This document shows, piece after piece, positions 1 through 11,164 of a DNA stretch of 64,000 nt. The first letter of the stretch is position 1. Each line of letters starts with the position of its first letter. A program made the position numbers and the translations under genes. The notes beneath the pieces were generated by a model. It was not told the origin of the DNA, searched no databases, and worked only from the letters and a program-made list of their open reading frames with translations. Origin of the DNA: Blepharisma stoltei ATCC 30299 (taxonomy: Eukaryota > Protista > Ciliophora); NCBI GenBank assembly GCA_965603825.1, contig CBFDEM010000037.1, positions 372,001 through 436,000 of the forward strand. The letters are read 5' to 3'.

Positions 1-203
1 CAGTCAGAATCGCAGGCTTGGCAATTTATTCCAGCTGTACTTGAGTCTGCATCATAAAATCCATTATAGCAGACACAGCCAGTTCCAGAAGGTAGGGAAT
101 GGGATTGGGTGCAAGAAGAGCATAGATTGCTTGAGCATACTGAGCAGCTAGCATCGCAAGATGCTAATGCTTTTTCAAACAATAAGAGTAAATACATATA
201 CAT
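1..203 (-). CDS. 5' end of a Cys-rich (furin-like/EGF-like repeat) secreted or surface protein; runs off the window
   Basis: Not in the ORF track. ATG at 203 gives MYMYLLLLFEKALA-SCDASCSVCSSNLCSSCTQSHSLPSGTGCVCYNGFYDADSSTAGINCQACDSD: a signal peptide followed by CxxSCxxC...CxC..GFY...CxxC repeats typical of ciliate surface proteins. Confidence 0.8.
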   Translation of the reverse strand, partial: MYMYLLLLFEKALASCDASCSVCSSNLCSSCTQSHSLPSGTGCVCYNGFYDADSSTAGINCQACDSD

Positions 204-718
204 TATATATAATATTTATTTAATGTTGAAATATATAATTAATCCTGATTATGGGGATTTGAATATATTCAGTATTCAGGCATTTAAATTCTGTCCATAG
301 GCAGAAAACAATAATATTGGAATATGCAAGTCAATCATTAACTATTTATAAAACTATATATTGATCTTTTAAAACTATAATCACAAATTTACCACTACTG
401 AGTAACTAAAACGGTTGCGACAAAAATCAGTCTGACTTCGCCAAAAGTGTAAGAACAGAAACAAAGCATTCTCCTCAAGATAATTTAAGCTGAGGATAAA
501 AAATGAGAATAGACCAATAGGGAAAGCTAGGACTCAAGCTTTTAGTTATTTAATTGATAAAAATTGATCATATTGAATAGCTAAATGTAGCATGGCATAA
601 GAAAAAGGTTTTGACAAAAAATAATCCCTAAATTCCATGAAAATTTCTTACTCTAATTCTAAAATAGTGCAATTTTTAAAAAGCCCCTGAATTTATTTAT
701 AGGCACATTATAAAAATT

Positions 719-1750
719 ATGTCAAAAAAGCTTACCAGAAGCTCATTAATTGGTTTTTTCACATCAGTTATAAAACTTCAAGAAGATGCCCAAGCACGTG
801 TAAATTCTCTCTTCAAAGATCTTGGATCCAATTCAATTGAATATCTACATAACACACTAAAATCTCTCCAACACAATAACTCCTCAAATAAATTTGAAAA
901 CTATGAAATCCCAAATCCCCACAAAACCCCAGATAAGCCCTCAAATTCTAACACTTTAAATAAGTATGAAGAGAATAAAGATGGAAAAAATGGCTCGAAT
1001 ATTAATAGCGAAGAAATCACTAATAATATCCATCAAGACTGAGTGGTCGAAGAAGCATTGGTAATCTCATCAATACCAGCAAAAAGACAAAGGAAAAAAA
1101 ATAAAATGGATTTTCCACTGCTTGATGAATACCGAGAGCGTGCTGAAAAATACAAAGAAATGATCCGCAAGCTCTATTCTATTGGAACAAAGGCAAAGAC
1201 AATAGGTAAATTATTTAGCATTCCTTTAGTGCATATACATATTATAGGAGATTGATCTCAAACTCCCCCAGAGGAAGCTGCGCGATATAGAGAAATGAAG
1301 AAAAGAGCTCGAAAATTAGCAGATGAAGGGCTTTCAATAAAAGAAATTAGCAAAGAAATATCAATCACTAAAGCAATTGCTAACCTTATGCTAAATGCAT
1401 TCCCTCTTGCAATAGTTATAAAATCGCCAAAAGAGAAAAAGCGATTTATTGAAGCAGCTATAAAGGAAAATATGTCGAAAAATACAATGGTAGACACAAT
1501 TGGCATTCGCAATAAAGTTTATCTTTGGATAGATCATTTGAATAACAACGAGGATTTTAGTGATGATGAATATTTAGAAGACGATGGAGAATATGATAGG
1601 GAGTTTATTAGAACAGTGCTTTATGAATATTATCTTACTAGATCCCCTCAAATAGTTGCAAGAAGATATGGAATTTCAAGTCATGAAAAAATTATTCAAT
1701 GAGCTCGAAGTCTTGAAAAAAAACAAAAAAAGAATAATGTGGATAGGTAG
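719..1750 (+). CDS. Multi-HTH putative DNA-binding protein (343 aa)
   Basis: Track ORFs 719, 1043 and 1295 join in one frame through TGA(Trp) at 1040, 1253 and 1700; stop is TAG at 1748-1750. Basic NLS-like KRQRKKNK, then four HTH-like modules, the last YDREFIRTVLYEYYLTRSPQIVARRYGISSHEKIIQW. Confidence 0.75.
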
Positions 1751-1981
1751 AAATATTTTAAATAATGCTAAATAATCATATTAAAAATTAACTTGAAAAT
1801 CTAAAGCAAACAACATCAAGACACTTTATTTCCCATTCTTTGTCATGCTTTAACTAAAGATATCATTTATTTTATACAAAGTCTCTGCTAATATTCGATA
1901 ATCATAAAATAGTTATAATTTTTAATCTATCTCAGTCTCTAATTTCTATTAATTAATTGTATTTTACAGTTAATTATAAAT

Positions 1982-2720
1982 ATGAGCCAAGACAATCACA
2001 GCTTCCAAGAGAACTTGTAATGATTAATTCAGGGAAAACCTCCAAACCCAAATTCGAGAATGTGAACAAGCCTTTAAATTCGCAGAAGCGGAACAATTAA
2101 AGCAACAAATGATAAGGCTTACCAATAATGAAAGTGCAAGCCGAATCCAGAACACCAAGACAAGCCACGAAGCTGAGCAAATGGAAATCGAAGACAACCA
2201 TTTGATGGAATTCCAAAATATTAACAATGCATGGGAAGCCAGAATAAAAGAGCAAAGGGACTATGCAGATCAAGAAATTAATTCAATGATGAGTAAGCAT
2301 GAAAGAGATAAAGTTCAAGAAGAAGCCAAGCTAGAAAGCTTGATTCCTTTGAAACCAAAGTATTCAAGTGAGCTATTAAATATGATTAAAATTGAAGAAG
2401 GGCTTGTCAGACAAAAATCATATGGAGAAGCTCATAGCGTGCAGCAAAGAATATCAATGCTAATGATGAGGGAAAATGAAAATTGGGAAAAAGAAAGAAA
2501 AAGGAAAATAAAGCAGCACATTACTCATTTGGAAAATAAGCAGGCAATTGAGCTGCAAGCTCTGAGAACTAGGCTAAGATGTGCTGAAGATGAGCTTAAT
2601 AAGAGTAGAATTGTTGAATTAGAAACTTTGCTGCAGAAGTACCATAATATTAAAAAAGATCTCCATAATTACCAAGTTCAAGAAATCAATCGATTGAAAG
2701 CAACTAAAACTTTAATTTAA
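1982..2720 (+). CDS. Coiled-coil hypothetical protein (240 aa), one 16-nt intron
   Basis: ATG 1982; removing intron 2017-2032 restores the frame into track ORF 2109..2720. Heptad-rich E/K/Q/R composition. Confidence 0.75.
2017..2032 (+). other. 16-nt GT-AG intron
   Basis: gtaatgattaattcag; removal joins the ATG 1982 exon to the downstream ORF and removes an in-frame TAA. Confidence 0.75.
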
Positions 2721-2829
2721 ATTTATTTATTGCATTAGCAAAACACTATCTATTCAAAACTATAAATTTAAGTGAAAAAGTTTTGGTTAACTTTCACTCA
2801 ATAATCAGATTATGACCATTTTCTGTATA

Positions 2830-3438
2830 TTAGCAGTTAGTTAAGCATATTTTTTTAGATGGCAGAGATATCTCTTCTTCATTTCTTCTGATATTTCTTA
2901 CTATAGGCAACTCATCTGTAGCTTCTATCTCGCAACTTAAATTTTCTAGTTCATCTAATAGATCTTCGTCTCTTTCAAGAATACCTTTAGATGATAATGC
3001 ATCGTTTATCTTTGATTGATATATAATTGCATCTTCAGTTTCTTCCATTAACTTTTCCACTTGGCTTATGCAAATCTCATTTCGAAAATTTTTCAATACA
3101 TCATTCCCGCTTTTTAAAGATTTATATACTTCAGCTTGAATCTGAGAACTTTCTATACCTGATATAGTCTGTTCAATATTATACAAGCTGCTTTCAGCTT
3201 GCTTTAGGCCGCTCTCTATATATTTCTGTCTTCTTAAATTAAGCAAAGCTAATCTTTTATTTTTATTTCTAATGCAATGCTGAACATTTTCTTTTGCTAT
3301 GTCGATTTGATTTTGCAGTTTATTCCGAAATCTTCTAATCTCGTCTCTCATTAGTTTGAGACTTGCGATTGCTTTATCAATCTCCTTGACTCTCGAGCTT
3401 GAATCTTTTTGAAATGGAAAACTAATATATCCTCCCAT
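2830..3438 (-). CDS. VPS20: ESCRT-III Snf7-family protein, Vps20/CHMP6-like
   Basis: N-terminal MG, DKAIASLKLMRDEI, K..ALLNLRRQKY, SLKSGNDVLK and VEKLMEETEDAI, with a basic N-half and acidic C-half. Confidence 0.8.
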   Translation of the reverse strand: MGGYISFPFQKDSSSRVKEIDKAIASLKLMRDEIRRFRNKLQNQIDIAKENVQHCIRNKNKRLALLNLRRQKYIESGLKQAESSLYNIEQTISGIESSQIQAEVYKSLKSGNDVLKNFRNEICISQVEKLMEETEDAIIYQSKINDALSSKGILERDEDLLDELENLSCEIEATDELPIVRNIRRNEEEISLPSKKICLTNC

Positions 3439-3570
3439 AGTGTTGGATTAATATCATGGAATTATAAATTAATATTTAAGAACCTCTCTAGAGGATAATT
3501 AATTTTAAATCAAAACCAATTAATCAAATTGTAATTAAATTAACTGTATAGCTTTACTATTTGATAATAT

Positions 3571-5310
3571 TTATCTAATTTTCCTGACATCAGAAGATGC
3601 ACTCCATCTCGAGCTTCCTTCATCTTTCAGCTGGCTATATGATGGAATTTTTAATTGTTCATCTAATTTCGTTCTCGTTTTATCATTCGTTTCGCCTGGA
3701 TTAAAAATTTCTAAGGAATTAAACTCTTCATCTTGTATAACTTCTGTTATATCTCTTTTTTCTCCATATCTCTTCGCCTCGCTATCTAAAGCTCTACTCG
3801 AAGGTCTTTTGGCTTCATTATACCTGTAATCCATATCTCTATCATAAGTATTTTTGATTTCTCGCCGTTCAGAACTTCCCTTCATGCTTGGCGTAGGATT
3901 AGGTGACTCTCTAATGATATTTTCGCTTTCTTCGGAATCAGAATCAGATTTACTATTTGAAGGTAGAATTTCAATGCTCAGAAGCTTAGACATTCTAAGA
4001 TGGGCATATTTAAGGAATTCTTCTTCTTTTGACTTATTAACATGTGGGTATGTATATTTAGCAAACCATTGCTCAAATAACTCCAATGAGATTTGATTTG
4101 ACTTCGTAACAATCATAGCTGAAACTCCTTCAATCATTTCTAAAGATATATAGCAATGAAACGTTCGAAGAGCAGCCATAAATTCTTCAAAATTAAGGAA
4201 ACCGGTTAAATGCTTATCAATTTTTGCAAGAAATTGCGGAACTCGAAGTTTTGACTTCACTATAATTTCATTCACAGCTAAAAACAGTTTTGGAGGGTTT
4301 TTCAAGTTAGCTTTTGCAATGATATGGGCTTCCTGCACGATTTTTTGCATTTTTTTCTTCAGTTCGCCATTTATATCAACTAATTCTTTATATTTTTTTT
4401 CTTCTGCTTTTATTTTTTCTAAAAGCTCTTCTATGCCTTTGTCTTTATCTTCCATTTGATTTTTGTGTTCATTTTCTTTTGAGTTATAGTCCCTTTGCAG
4501 ATTTTCTAGCTGAAGCTTTAGACTAATAACTTCTTCTCTTATTCCATCGAATTCTTGAAGTTTAGTTCTTTTGTCAATTCCTTTCATTGTCTTGATTTTG
4601 TCTTTCAGCGTGTTATTATAATTTCTTAATTTTTCAATTATTTCCATCATACATTCGTTTTCTTTTTTTAAACCTTCACAGCTTGGATCAATTGGCCTAA
4701 TTTCGGCTGCTGGAAGCTCAATTTGATATTTTTCATTTATTGCTTGTCTTAATCTTATACACTCTTGCGAATATGTCTGAACTTCAGCCTCAAGCTCAGC
4801 AATTTTTGTATATTTAATGCTATGTTTTATCTCGCTAAGTTCCTTGTTTTTCAGTTTCAACTCTTCCTTCAATTTGCAAATTGAATCTTTCAAATTAGAA
4901 ATAAAGCAAATTTTTTTCGCTTCTGGACTTGGGTTTCCCCTAATTAATATATCTCTGCTTGATAATTCCTTTTCTACGCTGGCCAGTTTTGTTTTTAGTC
5001 TTGTGTTTTCATCATAAACTGAATTATATTTGACTTTAAGGGCTAAATTGCTATCATAGAGCTGCTCTTTTTCTATATCGATTACATTTGGCCGGAGCTT
5101 TGAAAGGCTTATATTATTAAGGTCAATTTGGGAAGTTGACTGGGCACTGAAAAGTCTCAACTTCGCTGTTTGTGGTCTCTTTAACTTCTTTAGAGAGCTT
5201 GATTTGGCAGATAATATTTGCTCTGAAATGGGTGCTGTTGAAAGCATTATGGCTTCATGCGGTCTTAACTTTGATGATTGCGCTGTGCTTCTGCTGCTAA
5301 AAATTGACAT
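3571..5310 (-). CDS. Coiled-coil protein (IQCE-N-like region) with EF-hand-like segment, 579 aa
   Basis: Uninterrupted ORF. EKEQLYD..LK..N...EN.RLKTKL and TKIAELEAEVQTYSQECIRLR resemble IQCE-type coiled coils; IDKHLTGFLNFEEF is EF-hand-like. Family call is from memory only. Confidence 0.6.
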   Translation of the reverse strand: MSIFSSRSTAQSSKLRPHEAIMLSTAPISEQILSAKSSSLKKLKRPQTAKLRLFSAQSTSQIDLNNISLSKLRPNVIDIEKEQLYDSNLALKVKYNSVYDENTRLKTKLASVEKELSSRDILIRGNPSPEAKKICFISNLKDSICKLKEELKLKNKELSEIKHSIKYTKIAELEAEVQTYSQECIRLRQAINEKYQIELPAAEIRPIDPSCEGLKKENECMMEIIEKLRNYNNTLKDKIKTMKGIDKRTKLQEFDGIREEVISLKLQLENLQRDYNSKENEHKNQMEDKDKGIEELLEKIKAEEKKYKELVDINGELKKKMQKIVQEAHIIAKANLKNPPKLFLAVNEIIVKSKLRVPQFLAKIDKHLTGFLNFEEFMAALRTFHCYISLEMIEGVSAMIVTKSNQISLELFEQWFAKYTYPHVNKSKEEEFLKYAHLRMSKLLSIEILPSNSKSDSDSEESENIIRESPNPTPSMKGSSERREIKNTYDRDMDYRYNEAKRPSSRALDSEAKRYGEKRDITEVIQDEEFNSLEIFNPGETNDKTRTKLDEQLKIPSYSQLKDEGSSRWSASSDVRKIR

Positions 5311-5537
5311 TTATACCCAAAATATAATAGAGATCAAATCATTGGAAAATCCCGACTTTTAGGAAAAATTAGAGCTCAGGCTCAGGAGTATTTCTTGAGT
5401 GGGCAATTCAGTTATAATTGAAAGGCGATTCTCATCCTTAGAGCTGAGCCTTAATTCGGGTATATAGATATCATATATTATATAAAGTTATTAATTGACA
5501 TTTGCAATTTAAAAGAGGTTGGAATTTATAATAGGTA

Positions 5538-6305
5538 TTATTTGTTCATTAAATTAATATGGATTCCACAAGTCCTTGAATATCGATGGCTAATACCGAC
5601 ACTACCCTGTTTTAAAAGAGGATGCGGCTGTCTTGTTTTCATTATACGAGTTTTGATTTTAAATTTACTTAAATCTTGTGTGGTTTTCATTTTTTTTAAT
5701 TTTTCTATGATATTAGATTTCCTCTTGTTAGTTTTTGGAGTAGGTAAAGTTTCAGTTGTCAATGTAACTGATTTGTTTTCAACAACATTTTGAGGCTGCA
5801 GCCTTGAGTTATTAATCTGTGACTGTTGCATAGAATAAAAACTTGTTGATCCTGAAAGAACGCTTCTTTTGCGTTCGTGCCCTCGTCCTTTTAAATATTG
5901 CTCTTTGTCAAAATAATTTATAACCAGCTGAGAAATCCTGCTTTTTTCTTCTTTGACTTCTTCTTCAGTGTTATCGATCGATTTAAATCTCCTTTTCATT
6001 CGGAGGCTTGTTTTTGCTACAAGTTCCATGAAGTGCTTATTTACATTTAAACTTTTCAATGTTTTTTTAGGTGATGGCTCAGTGATTAAGCTTAGAGTTG
6101 AGTCTCTTCTGAATTCCATCCTTGGGTTATCTGATGGGGAAGAGAATTCTGGGTAAGTTATGGTCCGTGTATATTCAGTTGATTTACGAATCTGAGAGTT
6201 TTCGTTCTCTGGAGTTGATGGAGTGTAAGGATTTTGCATTTTAGCTGAAGACTTAGTCATCAATTTAATATGCTGGGGATCTGAACATCCTCTGTATTCT
6301 GACAC
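5538..6305 (-). CDS. Basic low-complexity hypothetical protein; start uncertain
   Basis: 255-codon open frame ending in TAA. First in-frame ATG is 6260; an upstream ATG at 6428 is separated by an in-frame TGA-TAG. Confidence 0.6.
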   Translation of the reverse strand: MSEYRGCSDPQHIKLMTKSSAKMQNPYTPSTPENENSQIRKSTEYTRTITYPEFSSPSDNPRMEFRRDSTLSLITEPSPKKTLKSLNVNKHFMELVAKTSLRMKRRFKSIDNTEEEVKEEKSRISQLVINYFDKEQYLKGRGHERKRSVLSGSTSFYSMQQSQINNSRLQPQNVVENKSVTLTTETLPTPKTNKRKSNIIEKLKKMKTTQDLSKFKIKTRIMKTRQPHPLLKQGSVGISHRYSRTCGIHINLMNK

Positions 6306-6620
6306 TGCTGTTATTTCTTTAGAGTCAGTATCTTGGAAATGCGTTAGATTGGATATTTTATGGAAAAATAATAATTTATTTTTTAAATCTTTCTATCAGA
6401 AGCTTTGATTACTGGCTGAATTCTTCATGGATAACTCTTATTCTAAAATTTTACCAATTAACAGTAAAATTTCCTGTAATAAGTGAAATTGATAGGTATA
6501 AACTAAATAAATGCAATATTTGATCAAAGAGTAGACTTGATGATGATTTTATATTGTTTTACTAATTGTATTTATTTTACTCTTAAATGGACTAATTACC
6601 ATAAAACTTATTGATAAACC

Positions 6621-9600
6621 TTAATAATAGGTATTTCTGTCTACCCACCCTCTTCTCTTCGGGTTCTTCGCTCTCGTATATCTTATTATTGCTTTCCTCG
6701 CCTCATCAAAAAGTATAAACATAACAAAGAATGGAACAGCTGGGAATCCCCAATGTAAAAATGCAAGAGGTCTTGTGCCCAAGCCAACATTCAGTGGAGG
6801 AGTAAAGGTTAAAAACAGAGCCAAAGCTAATTCAAACCAAAGAGAAAAGATCAGAACTCTATTTGTTATTCCTTGTTGCAGCAATGACTGAGTTCTTGTT
6901 TTAACATTCAAAACATTAGCCCATTGTGTCACAACGATTGCAATAAAGAATGCAAACTGGGCATATTTAACAGCTTCTGAAGTATAGCAGATGTACGTAC
7001 CTGAAATATCTGATTTCATATCGGGGTATCTGCAATCGTCCCAATCATCTTTATCTATCTTGTAGAACCATATTCTTAAGTCGTATTTGCTATCAGAGTC
7101 AGAAATATAGTCAACCAGCTCTCCATCGTACGAATCGTCACCAACGTGGCTATTTCCTTTATGAGGAAGGTATGGATCATAAACATCATGGGTAGATGGT
7201 TTTGAGCCATCATCTCTTAAAGCTATGAACCACAGAACAGAAGGAGAAAATCCATAGTCGTGCAAAACGGTGAAATATGCCATATATCCAGCACATGTTT
7301 GAAGCTCACCCATAGTGCAATATGAATAAAACAATAATTGGCCTGTAACAAGATAATCCTTTTTGGCATTTCTAGGATTTCTTTTCATAATATCAAGCTC
7401 AGCTGACTCATATGCCATCGCAACTGAAGGCATGATATCGGTTCCTAAATCAATACAAAGAATAAGAACTGTTGATAAGGCAAGAGGAATCTGGAAAATA
7501 ATAAGAGCTAAGAAAGGAACTAGTTCTGGAACATTTGATGTCAAAATATAAGCAATTGTCTTCTTGAGGTTATCAAAAATGACTCTTCCTTCTTTAACTC
7601 CATCCACAATAGAAGCAAAATTGTCATCAATTAGAAGCATATCAGCAGCATCTTTAGCGACATCACTACCTGAAATATTCATTGCAATGCCAATGTCAGC
7701 TTTTTTAATGGCAGGACTGTCATTCACGCCATCTCCAGTCACAGCTACGATTTGACCGAGTTTTTGATTTGCATCTACAATCATGTATTTTTGAGCAGGA
7801 GATGTACGTGCGAAAACAATTTGATGCTTTGTAAGTCACTTAGCAATTCTTTGTTCATTAAATGGCAAGTCTTCATCTTCTGCATTTGCTTTGGTGAGCA
7901 TATCACCATGGATAACAATTGCGTCACTTTTTTCGAAAGCGCTATCCCAATCCAACCCTTCTTCTACTAGCTCATTGACAGTTTTTGGCTCAGTAATAAT
8001 ATGCACTTGTCTTGCAATCGCAGCGGCAGTTAATGGCTGATCTCCCGTGACCATAATAACTTTGATACCAGCTTCATGGCAAGAAATTACAGCTTCTTTT
8101 ACATGCCTTTTAGGAGGGTCCATGAGGGCTGTTAGACCGATAAATGTTAAACCTTTAAGAGGGAAGTTTGGTCCTTCTTCCAAATTAGGGTTAAAAACAT
8201 AATCCGATGAGTATTTGGACTCTTCAAGCCATATGTAAGCAAATCCCAAAACTCTTTGGCCTTGGCTTCCAAAAGTCTTATTCGCCTTTGCGAAGTTCTG
8301 CTTTCATTCATCATCTTTAGGAACTTCCTTTCCATTTTTCATCATCTTAGAGCATCTCTCCCATAGCTGCTCTGGAGCTCCTTTCATGAATAAAATGCAA
8401 TCGTTTTTGCGCTCAGGAGGAAACCAATCACACGGTTCATGAATTGTGATAGCATATTTATTTGCTGAGTTAAATGGGATTTCTCCTTTAACGCCTTGTC
8501 TTACCAGGACTGGGTACATTTTTCTGAATTTGTCTATTTCAAATATTGGGTGGAAAAATTTTATCAGTGCAACTTCTGAGGCATCCCCTCCAACAGTTTT
8601 CCAGGTTTGCACTGAGCCAGCAAGTTGATCTTTTTTATATTTTTCTCTAATTTCATCAGCTTTTGCTTTAGGTAAAGCGTTTCCATGAGAATCTTCAAGC
8701 ATTTTTTCATCTGGCTCAAATGAAAACTCAGCTTTGCTATTCAGAGATGCGCATCTTTGAAGCATTTGGAATGTAGGATCAGTTATTTCGTATCCCAAAT
8801 CTTTAACGGTATCTTTTTCTTCATAGTTTATAACACTTCTGATAGTTCCGTCATACCAAATATTCACAACTTTCATCTTGTTTTCTGTTAGAGTTCCTGT
8901 TTTATCTGAGCAGATGCAGCTGGTAGACCCGAGTGTTTCAACTGCCTCTAAATTTTTCACTAGGACATTCTTCGCAGCCATTCTTTTTGCAGTCAGCGTT
9001 AGAGCGACTGTGACAGTTGCAAGAAGTCCTTCAGGAACGTTCGCTACAATAATCCCAATAGCATTAACCATGTTTACAATTGCTGAGTAGCCATAGATGA
9101 ACCCTAGAACAAAGAAAATGATTCCTAAACAGATTGCAATTGTGCTGATCATTTTTACGAATCTTGCAATTTCAATGCCCAAAGTGGTTTCTTCTTCTTG
9201 AGTTGATGAGGTTAAATTGGCAATTTTACCCATAATAGTGTTATCACCAGTGAATACAACCATACCTTTACCATCCCCTGAGCTACACATTGTCCCAAAA
9301 AATGCTAAATTTTCAGTCTCAAGTGGATTGTGCTCATTTGTGCAGTTTGGTGTTCTTGTCTGAGGCTCACTTTCGCCCGTAAGTGAAGAGTTATCAACTT
9401 TGAGGTTATTAGCTTCGATGATTCTAACGTCTGCTGGGATTCTTGAACCTTGTTTTAAGATAACAATATCTCCAGGCACGAGTTTGCTTGACTCAAAAAC
9501 TTTTGGTGCACCTGCTCGAATCACTGTGCACGTAGGTGGTATCATATCTTTAAACCCTGCCATAATAGCAAGTGATTGGGATTCTTGATAAAAGCTGAAG

Positions 9601-10097
9601 CACCCAGTCAAGAAGACGACAACTGCAAGTACAATGCCTAGGTACATATTGGATGGATCAGATGGACTCAGGCCATAGGCGATAAAGCATAAAAGTGACC
9701 CTATCCAGAGTAGCATAGAAAAAAAGCCAGTCAGTTCTTTGAAAAACAAACAGTATCAAGGCATAGATTTTTTTTCGGTCAATTTGTTTTCACCATACTG
9801 CTTAAGCTTTTCCCTGCCAATATCATCTTGGAGACCCTTTTCTAGACTTGTCTCAAGGTTCCTTACGAGATCCTCCAGAGGAATTTTGTGCTCGGTCATG
9901 TCCCTGAATCCTTCAGAGTCTTTCAGTGCATCATTTTGTTTGTCTTTTCCTTTCTCAGTAGGCTTTTTAGTGTCGTCTTTTGTTTCAGGCTCTTTGAGGA
10001 CTCTCTTCTCATGGTCTTTTATTTCCATTTGGTCCTTCAGCTGTTGAAAGCCGATAATAAACGAAGAGCTCTGTCTTCGAATTATAGGTCTGGACAT
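6621..10097 (-). CDS. P-type ATPase subtype IIC (Na+/K+-ATPase alpha-like), 1158 aa
   Basis: Four track ORFs in one frame, joined by TGA(Trp) at 9756, 8304 and 7836. Motifs VDNSSLTGES, VANVPEGL, CSDKTGTLT, MKGAPE, MVTGD, TGDGVNDSPA, TSNVPE, LCIDLGTD and a C-terminal TYY. Confidence 0.96.
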
Positions 10098-11164
10098 TTT
10101 TTATTTATTCAGTTAGGCTGAGCACTGATAATTTGGTTTGGCATTTACAAATAAAAGGCATAAATTCAAACCGTTAATATCATTAGGTAAGGTTTAGCTA
10201 AGAATATTTTTATTGATTTATTTGGGAATCTGTGTGCTAATAGGGCTTAGAAGGAAAATTTTAATTAGCCATTGAATGCCACTTACTTTTAAAATATTCA
10301 ATAAACTTTATGTTGAAAAATAGAATTCATGATTCATTGAATATTTAGTTTATTAGGTATTTATTGAGTAATTCATAGTCCTATTTGCACGATTGCTAAT
10401 GAGCGAGAAGCAGGAAGCCACGAAAAATGAAAATTTATGAAGGGCATTTGTATTTAAAAGTAAGTAGTAAACTATTTGATTTAATGCAATTGATAGGCTT
10501 TCTATTAAAATTAATTCTCCTGCATTAATATTAAATAATTGCATTCATAAATCATCAAGGAAAGCCCAGAGATTGTTGGGAAGCAAGCGATAATTGATTT
10601 CTTTGCAATAAAATTAAACTAGCGAAGAAATACAAATAGCTTCTAATAATCATTTAATCATTTAATCTAGCCAATCTATGAAATCCATTTATATCTCAAA
10701 AGATATAAATAAGATTATTTCTAAAACTGGTCAGAAAATAAGTAAAGTGATTTTGACCTGCAAAATATTGCTAAAACCAATTAATTATATACATTTTTTG
10801 GATTTCAATGTCCTTATAGGAGTTCTCAAAGATTTATTATCATTAAGTAGGATGGATGGCTTTAAATTTTGCGCAAAAAATTTAAAGATGGGAAAATCAA
10901 GGATTATTTACTTGATTTTTTATTCAGTTAGTTTCGAATATATATCAAATAGGATAATTAGCTTTATTTAAAACACCAGAGAGATATATATTAGATATAT
11001 GCTAATGCGATACAGTCTTGAAATCTAGCATTAATCAAGCAAAGCAAGAATCTCAATCAATAATCTTATAGGCTGTCTTATAATAGATATACTAATCTGT
11101 TTATTTCATAAAAATATCCTTATACCTTGTGTGAGTTATAATGGCCTCATGTTAAAATTTAATT

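Noticed and set aside
465-545. Hairpin plus ANANNA motif as an H/ACA snoRNA
   Set aside because: No adequate second hairpin or ACA box.
6621-10097. Fragmented ORFs read as pseudogenes or split genes
   Set aside because: Fragments are in one frame and separated only by TGA at Trp positions or by tiny GT-AG introns, with catalytic motifs intact.
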